From positions 15,128,001 through 15,192,000 of the forward strand of contig OZ076412.1 in NCBI GenBank assembly GCA_964187785.1: a stretch of 64,000 nucleotides of DNA. The letters run 5' to 3'. The notes beneath the pieces are model-generated. The model saw only the letters and a program-made list of their open reading frames with translations. It did no database searches and was not told the DNA's origin. The DNA is from Amphiscolops sp. MND2022. Taxonomy: Eukaryota. Made by a program: the position numbers and the translations under genes. Of this stretch, positions 39,720 through 51,275 are shown in pieces. Within the stretch, counting starts at the first letter, position 1. Each line of letters opens with the position of its first letter.

Positions 39720-40767
39720 AACACGACGAAAACGTCTAAAGTCGGCGCTATATTTAAGGCTCAAAAAGGGCAAAACATTTTTTTTTGAAAAAAAAACTTG
39801 AAATTTTTGAATTTTTCTCGGAAAATGTCGCATAGTGCCGAAAAATGTAAAAGGGGATTTATTAACATACATTCAGTTGCAAAATATCAAAATACTCGAA
39901 GGGGGAGACCCTTTTGAGACATTGGATTTTTTTCGGCACTGTGCGACTTTTTTTCGAAAAATTTTTTAAAGGGGGGACCCTTTAGGCACGTCCGGTTTTG
40001 TAGGTTTCCTTGAAAAAGTGAAAATGAAAGGGGGGACCCTTTGGACTAAGTCTCCCTTGGCCGGACTTGGCCTCAGGTGGTTTCAGGATTGTTTCTAAAA
40101 AGTGGACCGATCAGTGTGAGGATTGTAGTCTGAAGAAAAAACAAGACGGGAACGTCCCAAGTCGGCGCCATATCTTAGGCTCAAAAATATTCAAGGAACA
40201 ACTATTTTTTGTTGTGAAGATTTTTTTCCAAAAAAAGTATTTGGTAAAAAAGTCGCACAATGCCGAAAAACCTAAAAAGAGGTCATTTAGGCTCATTCAA
40301 CGTTTTCTACAAACCGAAAACTTCAAAAAAATGCAAGGGGGTACCCTTTGATAAAATTCGAAAATTTTCGAAAAAAAGTCGCATAGTGCCGAAAAAAAAC
40401 AAAAGGGGGGACCCTTTGGTCTCACCTGTACTTTTGGAAGCATTTAAAAATTTATGGTTTAGTGCGAGAATCGAACCCACGCTCTCCGGCTTCGTCGAAG
40501 AAGAACAAATATGAAAGATGAACAAATATGAAAGATGAACAAATTGTAAGAAAAGTGGACCACTCAGAGTGAGATTGTCAACTGAAAAAAAAACAAAAAA
40601 AACTACTCACTGTAAGAGTCGGGCTTTTTTCCTTAAGGGAAAAGGCGCCGACTAAAAACAGTCACTGCTATAGTCGGGCATTTTTCCCTTAATGGAAAAG
40701 CGCCGACTAAAAAAAAAGGTCACTGCTATAGTCGGGCATTTTTCCTTAAAAGGAAAACGCGCCGACT
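39720..40767 (-). mobile_element. Family 2 composite (three 5' hairpins + two bodies)
   Basis: 3' ends at 39720 and 40140; hairpins at 40617-40653, 40672-40708 and 40730-40767. Internal junction matches the one at 27265 in reverse complement. Confidence 0.7.
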
Positions 40768-42207
40768 AAAAATGGATCCTCGTGTATCTCCGGATCATGA
40801 ATATGATTGCAAAAATGGAATCAATGGTGTGAAGATTTGTTGCAGGTGACACAAATACTGATTTGACAATATTCCGAGACAAACGTTCAAATTTCATAAT
40901 GGTACACATAAATGGAAATATCAACAGGGTCTCAGGGTTTATTAGAGCTAGATTTTCAATCAACGATGCGCTTTTCCTTTAGCTACAGAACGTTTCAAAG
41001 ACTTCGCGCAACTGGACAATTGTCTATCAAACTCAAAATTTGATACACGAAAAAACGTAACACTAATGATCTCTGTTATTCTTTTGGAATTCACAGTACA
41101 GTAACTTAGAATTGTCGATCATCCGATGCTTTGCTCAATTTTAATGCAATATAGAAGTAGTTGGCAATGCAACTCCAAGCTTCGTTGAAACCCCTTCTCT
41201 CTAGAAACATGGCGGGAAACATGTTGAAATGGAGTCAAGTTCTGCGAGATAAATAATCGACTGGATGATGTTCGAAATTGTTATCAGAAATCCAGGCTCC
41301 CGAAGATTTCGAAGCTTCGTTCCGTTTGAGAAACTTTTCTTTCTTCTAATTGGTCAAAAAATATTGTTTCGACAAACTGTTTGGTTTAGAGATACTTTTA
41401 ACTTCATAGGCGTTTGTGAAACGCACTATGAAAGAACTCAATTTCTAGTTGCTCGACTTTGGATGAATCTTCTTGAAACCAGCATTTTCATGCCAAGTTG
41501 TAAAAACATTACTCCCGATATTTCCGTGGAATATATTTCTATCATTACTGTAACGAATTAGTGCATGCATTGATCGTCAGAATAATCCGTTTAATCCCTG
41601 TTAGATTCTCTAAACTTCTCATCGCAGCTTCCTAGCTAATGCATTCCCTCCTTTGATTGACCCTTTGAACCAAAATTTGAACAAAGCTTCGCAAAAAATA
41701 TAGTTTCAACAAAAGAAATAATTCCCGATGATGAATAAGTCCTCTGTTAAATCCCTCCACAGTCCACGAAGGATAGATGCTTTACTCTTGAAAACATTTC
41801 TGACGATCAATAAAATTGCGTTATGCCGACCTAATTGATAAATTCTACTCCCAACTTTGCCAATGTTACAAAAATTCATTTCTACGAGACCATTACTGAC
41901 ACTGTTAAGGAGACTCTGCAGTTTGCAGTGTCTTGACACCTAAAAACTGAAATGACGCGCCTCCTCTTCAAAGTGGACTCAAGTAAAATTTGCCTTATAA
42001 ATTTAACCCGATACGCAAGTTCCCTTTCCTTTTTTAAAAAAAATTCCGGATGATGAATATTTGATTATTTTTATAGCTAATTTCTATCAATCCGAGATTA
42101 ACCCAATAAATAGAAATAAAGCGTAGCACCAGTGAAAATTGGATCTTGAAAATGAACTTTCATTCTCATGAAACATTTCGATGAAAGATGATTTTATTCA
42201 GGGCCAA

Positions 42208-42438
42208 TCAATTTGGGCTGCAACTCTCTCGAATGGCAGCAATAGAGGCGATGATGTCACTCGGTGGTCGCTTGTTGAGAGAAGATGCCGAACTGACACA
42301 TCTTAGAATTTCCTGAGACACTTCACTTGAACACGGTTTAGATTTGGATTCTGTTTGGTAGTTTGTCCAACTTTTGTCACCGCCCAGGGCATAATCGATG
42401 AAAACTCGAACGCAGGGCCATTGTTGTTGCTTCCAACA
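42208..42438 (-). CDS. ANKRD39: ANKRD39-like, probable exon 3
   Basis: Acceptor TTGTTCAAG|TGT, phase 0. Completes the ankyrin repeat (ETALMK|CWKQQQWPCVRVFIDY) and ends at TGA. Divergent from vertebrate sequence. Confidence 0.6.
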   Translation of the reverse strand, partial: CWKQQQWPCVRVFIDYALGGDKSWTNYQTESKSKPCSSEVSQEILRCVSSASSLNKRPPSDIIASIAAIRESCSPN

Positions 42439-43079
42439 CTTGAACAAAGAAGAATCATTTATTTATGCACGAAAAGGTTGTATGCTATTACCAAAGAGCT
42501 TTTATATGGAAAATTTTTTTAAAATACACAGGGGTACCGCCAAAAAGCTAAATACCGTTTTTCAGGGTGCAATAACCTCGTTAGTGATTTTGTGCTCAAA
42601 TGAGGACAGCGGTTTTTTTCACAATCAATAAAAAATTCCGAAACGCAAAAAACATATAGGAAAACGAAAGTTTGTCTTTCTTACCAACAATCTATTGGAC
42701 TATTTGGGGCGAGTTTATTGTGACAATATAGTTTGTTTTTCGAACCACCGGCAAAAAAGTGGAAATTTGCAAAAAAAATACTTTTCATCAGAAAATTAGC
42801 CTTTTCTCAATAACACAGCAACTATTTGCTAAGTTACTGTCACACTAGTAACAGTTTGCCACCAATGAAAACGCTTATAGAATTTTTTTCGATGAAGCTC
42901 CAGCTAAGAGTTCGACCCGCATTTGAAAGGCCCGGCAAAGCCGGGCCCGCGCCGGGTACCATTTGCACAAACTCAGATGCATTTCCGGTTGCCGGTCTAG
43001 TAGTTTAGTAGTTCTGTAAAAAGTGCCCACTACGCATACATTCTGTTGTCTGACGAAAAAAAAAACTAGTCACTGTAAT

Positions 43080-43520
43080 AGTCGGGCTTTTTTCCTTTAA
43101 AGGAAAAGGCGCCGACTAAAAAAACTAGTCACCGTAACAGTCGTGCTTTTTTTCCTTTAAAGGTAAAGAAGCCGATTAAAAATAATCAAGCCAGGAACGG
43201 CCGAAACCGGGAAACCCGCTAAAAACTTAGAAAAGCAAATAATTGTTTTCAAAAATGATTGTTTCTCGCGGTGCCAAAAACCCGAACAAGGGACCTTTCA
43301 GGCTAAATGAAGACATTTTCTTAACTGAAAGAAAAAATGCCAGACAATGACGAAAAATCTAAGGGGTAACCTTAGGTACCGTCTATCCTTGTAAAAGACG
43401 TGAACCCATACAAAATGCAATTTAGACTGCTTCAGGAAAATAGGAACAAATAAAACAAAAAACTAGACAATTCTGCGTGTCGATTAGAAAAAAAACTAGT
43501 CCCTGTAACTCGCGTCTTTT
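43080..43520 (-). mobile_element. Family 2 remnants: two tandem 5' hairpins followed by another degenerate copy
   Basis: AGTCGGGCTTTTTTCCTTTAAAGGAAAAGGCGCCGACT at 43080-43117; degenerate repeat at 43140-43177. Confidence 0.6.
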
Positions 43521-44872
43521 TTGAAAAGCGCAGATTAAAAATATCAGTGATTCTGATCAAAAGTCGACTTTTGCTTTCGGTACTATTTTGTGAAATGCGA
43601 GCAAGATTAGCTATCTAAAGCTTTTGGTACCGTCGCTCATGCAAAAAATATCACTCCCTGATGACAATCAGGCAAAAAACCATCCCTTTTTTGATATGCA
43701 AAACCTGATTTCCAAAAAATAGGGCCTCGGGAACTGAGTAATCTTTTCAAGACTGCAAAAATTCCGAATCTTGCAAATAGTATGTTCATTATGACAGCAT
43801 GTGGGTTTGTAAAAATCCCACTCCAAAAATAATTCCCGACAGGTTTCTTCGGAAAATATCTTTGGTCGACTTTTGTGAGAGAAAAAGTCAGACTTTCACA
43901 TTGGCAAGTTTTTTGCCAGACTGCAGATCTCACACTTGGTAGTTTCAGACTTTTAAAGAAATTTCATTTGAGAATTCAAAGATCAAATTGATCATTATCA
44001 GACCTTCACGAAACTAGTAAAGACAAATGTTCTGACTTTGAGGTTGTCTTTCGGCGTTGTGCGACTTTCTTTGAATTTCTTTTTTCAACAAGAGTCACCT
44101 CCCCGTAATTATGATGTTTTCCGTACAAGAAACACCTTTTTGCTTTCAGCGGATAAAGACTATAGGGTTTTTTGAAATTTTTATCAGCTCCATGCGGCGT
44201 TTTGAAAAACTTACAAGGGATTCACCAAGGTGTTTGTTCGATTTTTTCACATAATAAAAGCATTTTTTTCAGCATTCAAATGACGAAACCCATGTGGACT
44301 CATTCCGTTTTAGGCGAGAAAGCACTTCTCAACGAACTATTTTATTAGTCAAAAGTTTAAAACTCTTTCTGTAAAATATGTTATCTGAACGAAGCAGTAA
44401 TTGAAAACTACCATTGACTTTCCATTATCAATTGTCTGACAAAAGTAACAACGAAAAAGCTCAACTGACAAGTTTCAATTTCATTCCACCTTACGCAGGC
44501 AGACATGCCCCCGAATGGAAGCCAACCTCAAACCCGCACCTCGTTTTTTTAAATTATACCACAAGCCGCGGCTTGTATTAGAAGAAATATTGAACCGATG
44601 AAGTTTCATCAAACGGTACAAACACATCTCAATTTCACACAGCTACATCAGCTTCTTTACCTTAAGTTATTCAATAGGTTCCTTTATAATTCAATATTAT
44701 GAGCTGAATTTTGAAATTTTTTGCAATTATACGATCTCGGAGGCCGAACTTACTTTCATCCAAGGATGTTCAATAAAAAATTGCATTTAAATTGCATCCT
44801 CCGTCAGTTATTATTGCTGACCTAGAAAAACAAATTATTGCAATAAGTTAAATTATTGACTATCATGATATA

Positions 44873-45053
44873 CAGTCAAACTCGGATAAAAGAAACTCAT
44901 TGGGCGGTGAGAAAAGGGTTTCTTTTATCCATAGTTTCTTTTATAAGTTGTCCTATTAACGTAGGTTTGACTTGCATGAAATCGGAGGAGTGAAAACGTT
45001 TCTTATATCCGAATGTTTCTTTTATCCGTGTTTCTTTTATCCGAGTTCGACTG
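44873..45053. mobile_element. Tc1/mariner (pogo-like) MITE, 181 bp
   Basis: TIR CAGTCAAACTCGGATAAAAGAAAC / GTTTCTTTTATCCGAGTTCGACTG (1 mismatch), flanked by TA on both sides. Confidence 0.9.
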
Positions 45054-45370
45054 TAATAATATCATAAGAGCATTGTTCTATAGAAGATACATCCCAGTAA
45101 CTTCTGTTCATTAAAAAATGACTCAAGTTTACAAGGGTGATTCTTTTCCTGCATTCAGTGTTAAAATTCTCACAATGCTGAATATTCCTATTGGCTAACG
45201 AAATTCACCCTGGATAACGAAATTGGCACACGCTCGTATAACTTCACAATTATTGCACTTAATCCGTTTTTCGAATGTCAATTATTAGATATTTTGAATA
45301 CATAAAATAAATTATTGGTTATAATGTAATTGTAATTACTTTTTGTCAGTTATTTATTGAAAACCCTTAC

Positions 45371-45580
45371 TTTCATCAGGGCGGTTTCGCCGTCTACGTC
45401 CTGGAGAGAAACTTGGCATGAGTGAGTATTCAGCAGAAGACGCACAACGTGGTCTCGTCCAGCAAAACATGCTCTGTGCAGCGGAGTGGCGCTAGTAGAC
45501 TTGGTCCGTCTGTTCACTTCTGCCCCATGTTTAAGCATGAGTTGCACCATTTCCAAACTGCCATTTCGACAAGCATAATG
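45371..45580 (-). CDS. ANKRD39: ANKRD39-like, exon 2
   Basis: TTTTTCAG|CAT ... AAA|GTAAGG, 210 nt. HYACRNGSLEMVQLMLKHGA...ATPLHRACFAGRDHVVRLLL...DVDGETALMK. Confidence 0.92.
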
Positions 45581-45953
45581 CTGAAAAACAATACAATACA
45601 GTGTACATAATCCTCATAAAGCGATGGCATAGAGCTGGTCGAAATGACGTTAAAACCGAAGCACGTTATAACCGATGAAGCTGTTAAGAATGCGACGAAA
45701 ATTTTACTGACTCTTTTATAAGCCTTTTAAATATATATTATAACCCGAGACGTTACAAGTGGCTTCTACTGTATTAAAAGCAGTTCACTGCTCCAAAAAA
45801 TATTGCTGACACATTTTTTTGCCGAATAGTTTTGAATTGTTAAATATATCTAGTTGCCATATACTGACGTTCATCAAAAATCGACTGCATGAGAAAGTGA
45901 GAAATTCGAATAGCAATTGTTTAGTCAGGATCATAATGAGAAAGTCTCTCAAT

Positions 45954-46456
45954 CAGAGGTGTGACTCGCTATCAAAAAATCGCTACTCGCTTTTACCGCT
46001 AATTTGCTTATCGCTACCGCTAATGATTTTTCAGATCGCTACCGCTAATATGAAAGATGAGAACGATGAAAACTCAAAATAATCAGTTTGATTATATTTA
46101 ATCATCATTATATTCGACAAGTTTTTAGGACTTAGCCGACTCTTTTTGCAGTTTTCAAAGCGCCGCCTGCGACAGAAAAAAGGCGCTGCACTGCAGCACT
46201 TGTTGGTACACAGGCCAAAACTGTTTGAATGAGGCCTGGGAACGTATTCGTTTCTTGGGTTCCCAGTGATGCTCCAAAGTCACGTTAGTGACCTGGGAAT
46301 GAACATAGGCCATGAATTGAGACCATAATGGCTGAATTGAATTGTAACTACGCTATCTCCCGCTATTGAAATTTCAATGAGCTAATAGCGATGGCTTTTG
46401 CTGGCCAATCAAATTCAGCTAATAGCGGCGCTATCGCTAACAGTATCACACCTCTG
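45954..46456. mobile_element. hAT-type MITE in ANKRD39 intron 1
   Basis: 11-bp TIR CAGAGGTGTGA / TCACACCTCTG; 8-bp TSD CTCTCAAT / CTCTCAAA; subterminal CGCTA(A/C) repeats. Confidence 0.85.
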
Positions 46457-46805
46457 CTCTCAAACTGTATAATCTCTTAGTGGCAAACGAACTAATTATT
46501 TGGGCACTTGAAAAAGTTGAAAAAAATTAACTTGAATTCAGATTTCCAGAGCAAATGATAGAAGACTATTCCTTGAAGCAAACACGGTAACCGAAAAATC
46601 AACTTCAATTTCAGCAAAAATGTCTTCCGAGATCTTATGAATGCTTTGCAGATGTTGATGTCTATTAATTTCTCTAATTATTTAATTAATCATTCTTTAA
46701 ATTCTTCGTTTAATAATGAACACAGGACCGCGTGTAATGAAACCACAAATTGGCCTGTATGTGCCCATAGTTCAGAAGGGGCGTAATTATTTATTAGTTT
46801 CTCAC

Positions 46806-47012
46806 CAGCGGCGAATATCCGTAATGATCACATTCATTCACAACGTTCCCTTTTTTGTCGCCGGACCTTTCAAGCAGTTTGGTGGCTCTGGCTAAATCAT
46901 TGCTGGCTGCCGCTCCACACAAACTGCGTTCGAAGTCCAGTTCATCTAGTGTTTGAGAAAAGGCACCACCTGATGATACACAATCACTGCACCTTTCGTG
47001 ACTGCAACTCAT
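46806..47012 (-). CDS. ANKRD39: ANKRD39-like, exon 1 (spliced product ~215 aa)
   Basis: MSCSHERC...SQTLDELDFERSLCGAA matches the ANKRD39 QQTLEEMDFERGIWSAA signature; donor CTG|GTGAGA. Confidence 0.92.
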
Positions 47013-48050
47013 TCACGTCCACTTTCTGCGTCCCAGCAGGAGCAGTCATGATCATTTATTTATTGAAAAAAAATACTGTTTTCTTGAAGTGATGCAGAAA
47101 ACGTCATTATATTCTACAATTTTGAAACTATTTGAATGGATGGATAGTTTTTTACAAATTGAAAGTGAAAAAATGCATGTTTTGTACATCAAATGCAATA
47201 CACGAAATCTTTTCTAGGAAAACAGGTTACATAATTTTCGTTCAACGCTAGAGGACTTCGTGGAACAGTTTTGAACAAAATGAAAATACTGAAATTAGAG
47301 CTCAGGGGTTATCGACTGACAACTTAGTTTTTAGATGTGCATCCATTCTAATGACCAAAACTATGGATTATATGATAAAATTGTTCATTCAATTTATTTC
47401 AAATTATTACACAAAAATGATCGTCACTGACCGAAAATCACCGAAAACCATGTCATATCATTTGTGGGTTTGTTCAGAGAACATTAACGGGAAATGTACA
47501 AGCACCGCTAGCATACAAAATCTGAAATCATAATTCATTGATAAGAGAGAACTAAAAGTCTACAAATGATACATGAAGCGTTCATGAATGATAAAACAAG
47601 AAATTGGTTGCTCATATAAATTAATTCAAAGTATGAAAATTATCAAATAGCGAATACATAGTAGAAAAAGTAATACATTTCTGCAGCATGTGGAATTGCA
47701 GACATACGAGGTAGTGTCTTGAAGATACCTCCGTGTTTCTCTTATTATAGGTCATGCCTTGCAATTAGCTAAACAAACGGGGACGTCTTTCATTCAACAA
47801 TTTGGCAAATTTGTGAAAATATTTGATTTCACCAACAAGTTCAGACTTGAAAAGATTCTCTTCTAAAACGAAGGGCAGATGGAATAACCGATATCAATTG
47901 ACTTTCAATAGTTGATTCAGCCCATTCTAACGGCGCATATTAGTTGTGGTAGTCAATCATTAAAAAATTATTCATTCGAGTCTTTTTTCGGAGCATTCCT
48001 ATGATGGCAGAAACACGTTTCTATCAACTTGTGTGGTGGTCCATTGTCGT

Positions 48051-48299
48051 TTACTTGACCATACTGGAAAATCTGTAAAACGCGAAGATGATAGACATGA
48101 GAACAGTGAGAGCACTGAAGACGAGAGTAATTTGGTATTTGAGGCTCTCGATTTTGCTGCGATCCAATTGGGCGCCGAGATCCGTGGCCTTGATCTCGAT
48201 CTGATTGGACAGCCGACTCACCTCCTTGTCCAACTCAGTTAGCGCCGATTTAGTCCAGCTCTTGTGCAGGTTGAAATCTAATTGCAAGTCATTTCTGAT
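48051..48299 (-). CDS. CCDC90B: CCDC90B/MCUR1-family (DUF1640) protein, exon 3
   Basis: GTGCAG|ATC acceptor. IRNDLQLDFNLHKS...ESLKYQITLVFSALTVLMSIIFAFYRF matches the family's LDFNLEKS and C-terminal TM helix ending FYR. Paralog assignment (CCDC90B vs MCUR1) is not resolved. Confidence 0.9.
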   Translation of the reverse strand: MRNDLQLDFNLHKSWTKSALTELDKEVSRLSNQIEIKATDLGAQLDRSKIESLKYQITLVFSALTVLMSIIFAFYRFSSMVK

Positions 48300-48757
48300 C
48301 TGCACAAACAAGACCAATCATAATGCATTCAATTGAATCTCAAATTTTATTGATTTTATTTAAGTTATATGGTTTCATGGTAAGCACCCGAGGTATAATG
48401 CATTCAATTTGTAGAACGAAGCAGATATTTAAGTAGAGATGTGCAAGTTTAGAAAAGCGGTCACAAGGAAACTCCAAATGAGCGAAATCTTGCATGGTGA
48501 TTCAGTCGCTTCTTTTTTAGACACAAATACTTTGACGGAACCAACATTGACACTCTGAAGGCAATCTGTAACTTTCAATGTAAGTGACATCCTTTCATGA
48601 AAATTTCGGACCTATTTAACTAAAAGCTCAGTAACATTGTTTCTATCAGCTTGTTTAGATTGCGCATGGTATCATATTTTTCTGTTCAAGATGAAACTCT
48701 TTTAAATGCTGCGGAGGTTCCAATGAATGTGACTGTATTCAAATGGCGTTTTCTAAC

Positions 48758-48970
48758 CTTCTGTAGATCTTCTTTCAGAATTGCGTGAAATGAGTTGATT
48801 TCAGTGGCAAGTTTCTGATTCTCGGTTCTCAAAACATGCACAGTGCCTTTCTCCAACAGTGAGACTTCTTTTTCCAATTGTTCGATTCTGCTCACCTTCT
48901 TATTCAATTCAGCAACTGAGTTGTTCAGCTTATCCAACGTCGTGCCATATTTATCAGCAGAATCATTCAC
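48758..48970 (-). CDS. CCDC90B: CCDC90B/MCUR1-family, exon 2 (coiled coil)
   Basis: ATACAG|GTG ... AAG|GTTAGA, 213 nt. LLEKGTVHVLRTENQKL corresponds to the family's LEKSEFSALRAENEK. Confidence 0.88.
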
Positions 48971-51275
48971 CTGTATGGAAAGAAACCACAAAGGTAAATG
49001 ATCAAAAGTAAATTTCGTGGCAGGTATTCTTTGACGATGCAACCGATTTCAAACTTAGGAAATCGATGAATAGCGACGAATAACTTTGTCTTAGAATCAA
49101 AGTTTTCTTAGGAAATGACAACCAAGAAATGAAAAGAAATCAATGTTAAATATTGAACTGAAAAATTTTAAATTCACATCGAAAAGGGACCAAAATCACA
49201 AATTCCAACCCGACGGTACATCATTTTTAGCTGGTTTGGTACTAGGGCGTGTGAATGATCAGCAGTACCTGCTACACTGCTAAAGCATCAGATGAGACTG
49301 AAAAATGAAAAGCAGCATATGTTGTTGGTTATCTGTCAAAAAGCTATTAATGTATTTTCAGATGACTGATGATGGCGTTTAAAGTCGAAAAGCTTCTTAA
49401 CAATGATTTTATCTTTTACACGTTGTTGATTACTTGAAAAATACACAAGAGTCACGTCGAAAAAAAAAGGAAATTATCATCATTTTTAAATTTCTAGATA
49501 ATTCAAAGCCTTTCTGTGGTGATGAACTTATCAAACAAATATTTGATAAGTTCATGACGAATGATTTCAAAAATTTTTATTAGAACTGATGCACTCAGTT
49601 GCAACACGTTCCCCCTTTGAGCAATCCAATCTCTTCCGAGTTGAGCGAAGAAAACATCTCACAACAATCCCTTGGTTGCATATCAAGACTGTGCGAAAAT
49701 TCGCAACCGAATCAGTTTCAAGATTTCGGATAATGGGTAGAATGACAGAGTCAGTTGTAATTTAGCACAACGTCAAAGTTACATCTCTCCCACTCATCCA
49801 ACTGTCACTAGCACGCCGACCCGCGCTAGTCCATTACTAACCCAAACCGTACTGTTTGGTCAAACCTTGCAAGAAAATGAATGTTTTCATCAGAGCTCAC
49901 AAATAATTAAAAATCTTCGCTCTGAAAAGCTTTTAATTACGATTTCTCCCCGGAAAAAAAAAGCCAAACTATCTCAAACGTTGCCATTTTCGTTCAACAA
50001 TATAGTTGAACTTTCTAGTACGTTTTCTGCTTTTTTTGAATTTGAAGTTTCAACTTGATACAGAATGGCACCGTGATTATGTGGAAGGTTACACTCTGAA
50101 AAAAATTCATATCAACATTGTGGGGAGATTTTGGCTTCCTAGCGAGCTTGAAGAAATCATTTGGAAACAAAACATGGTAATATTTAACAGAGCGCCAAAT
50201 ATCCCATTATGGACACTGTCCTACAGCTTTCAATCAAAGAATTTGTTGACAATTACGCTCTGTCCATCGAATGACAAACCATTTATTGTTCTTCATGTCT
50301 TACTTTAAATGGTTGCTCTGCTACCCTTTCTACGCATAAGGAGATAGATTCCCCTGAAAACGTCAAACGCTCTCGTCCAGAAGATATTTCAACTATCGAG
50401 TTCTCAAAGAGAGCTTTGACATCACATTTCCAATTCCATCGATTGAAACTTGGAGAGTCGTCGTTTATTGAGCATTTCAATTGCTTTTTTTCATTGATTT
50501 GTCAACTCGACTTTGGAGGTTGAAAAAACATGAAGTTGGAATTTTCAATGCGCGCGCATTTACGCAAACCTTTAGTTGACGATTCGACCGAAGCGTTCCC
50601 AATTTACACAGCAATTTTACACAGCAATTTGACTTTTTGGGAGGTTTTGGATCCTGCAGAGATAACACTTCCAATGTAAATGCTATGTTTATAACTCACT
50701 TTGTACGTGATGCTCTGAAGAATGAATCCCACTAATGAAAGACTTGAAACCTCTTGTAAATTATGGTGGATGCATGTATATTATATACTGAGAGAGAGTT
50801 AAGTAGATTATTAACTGAGAGTCAAGTAGCTTATCATCTCGCGTATAATGCTTTTTCGACATGTCTTCAATAAACTTCATCCCAGTGGAAGCGCTTCACC
50901 AATTCGATTCGGTGAAACACAACGTAACAGCTTTGTCAAATAACTTTGTCGTCATAATGTCAAAATTTTTTTTATTTTCCATCGAATAACTCGTATTGTC
51001 GAAGTTCTCGATTAAGTAGTTTGATCGTTTCATCGCACAAACGAAGTTCCTTAACACCTCGCACAATGATCGCACCTCGGGCTGTCAGTGATTTTACATC
51101 ACGGGTTTTCGCAAAGTATTTTGTCCTGAGTTTTTGGATGCAATTTTTTCCAACGTGGTTGTTTTTTTCGGTGAACATTTCGGTAAAAATAATACGACCT
51201 AATCATTTGTCAAGTATCGATTCCAAAATTCTTGTTTCAAAAGGTAAATAAGTTTTGCATTGCTTTCCCAGGAGT

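Noticed and set aside
40780-41940. hAT transposase relic on the - strand (FPFMCTIMK...SPATN resembles the dimerisation motif)
   Set aside because: Only one weak motif, many stops and no TIR/TSD found; needs an HMM search.
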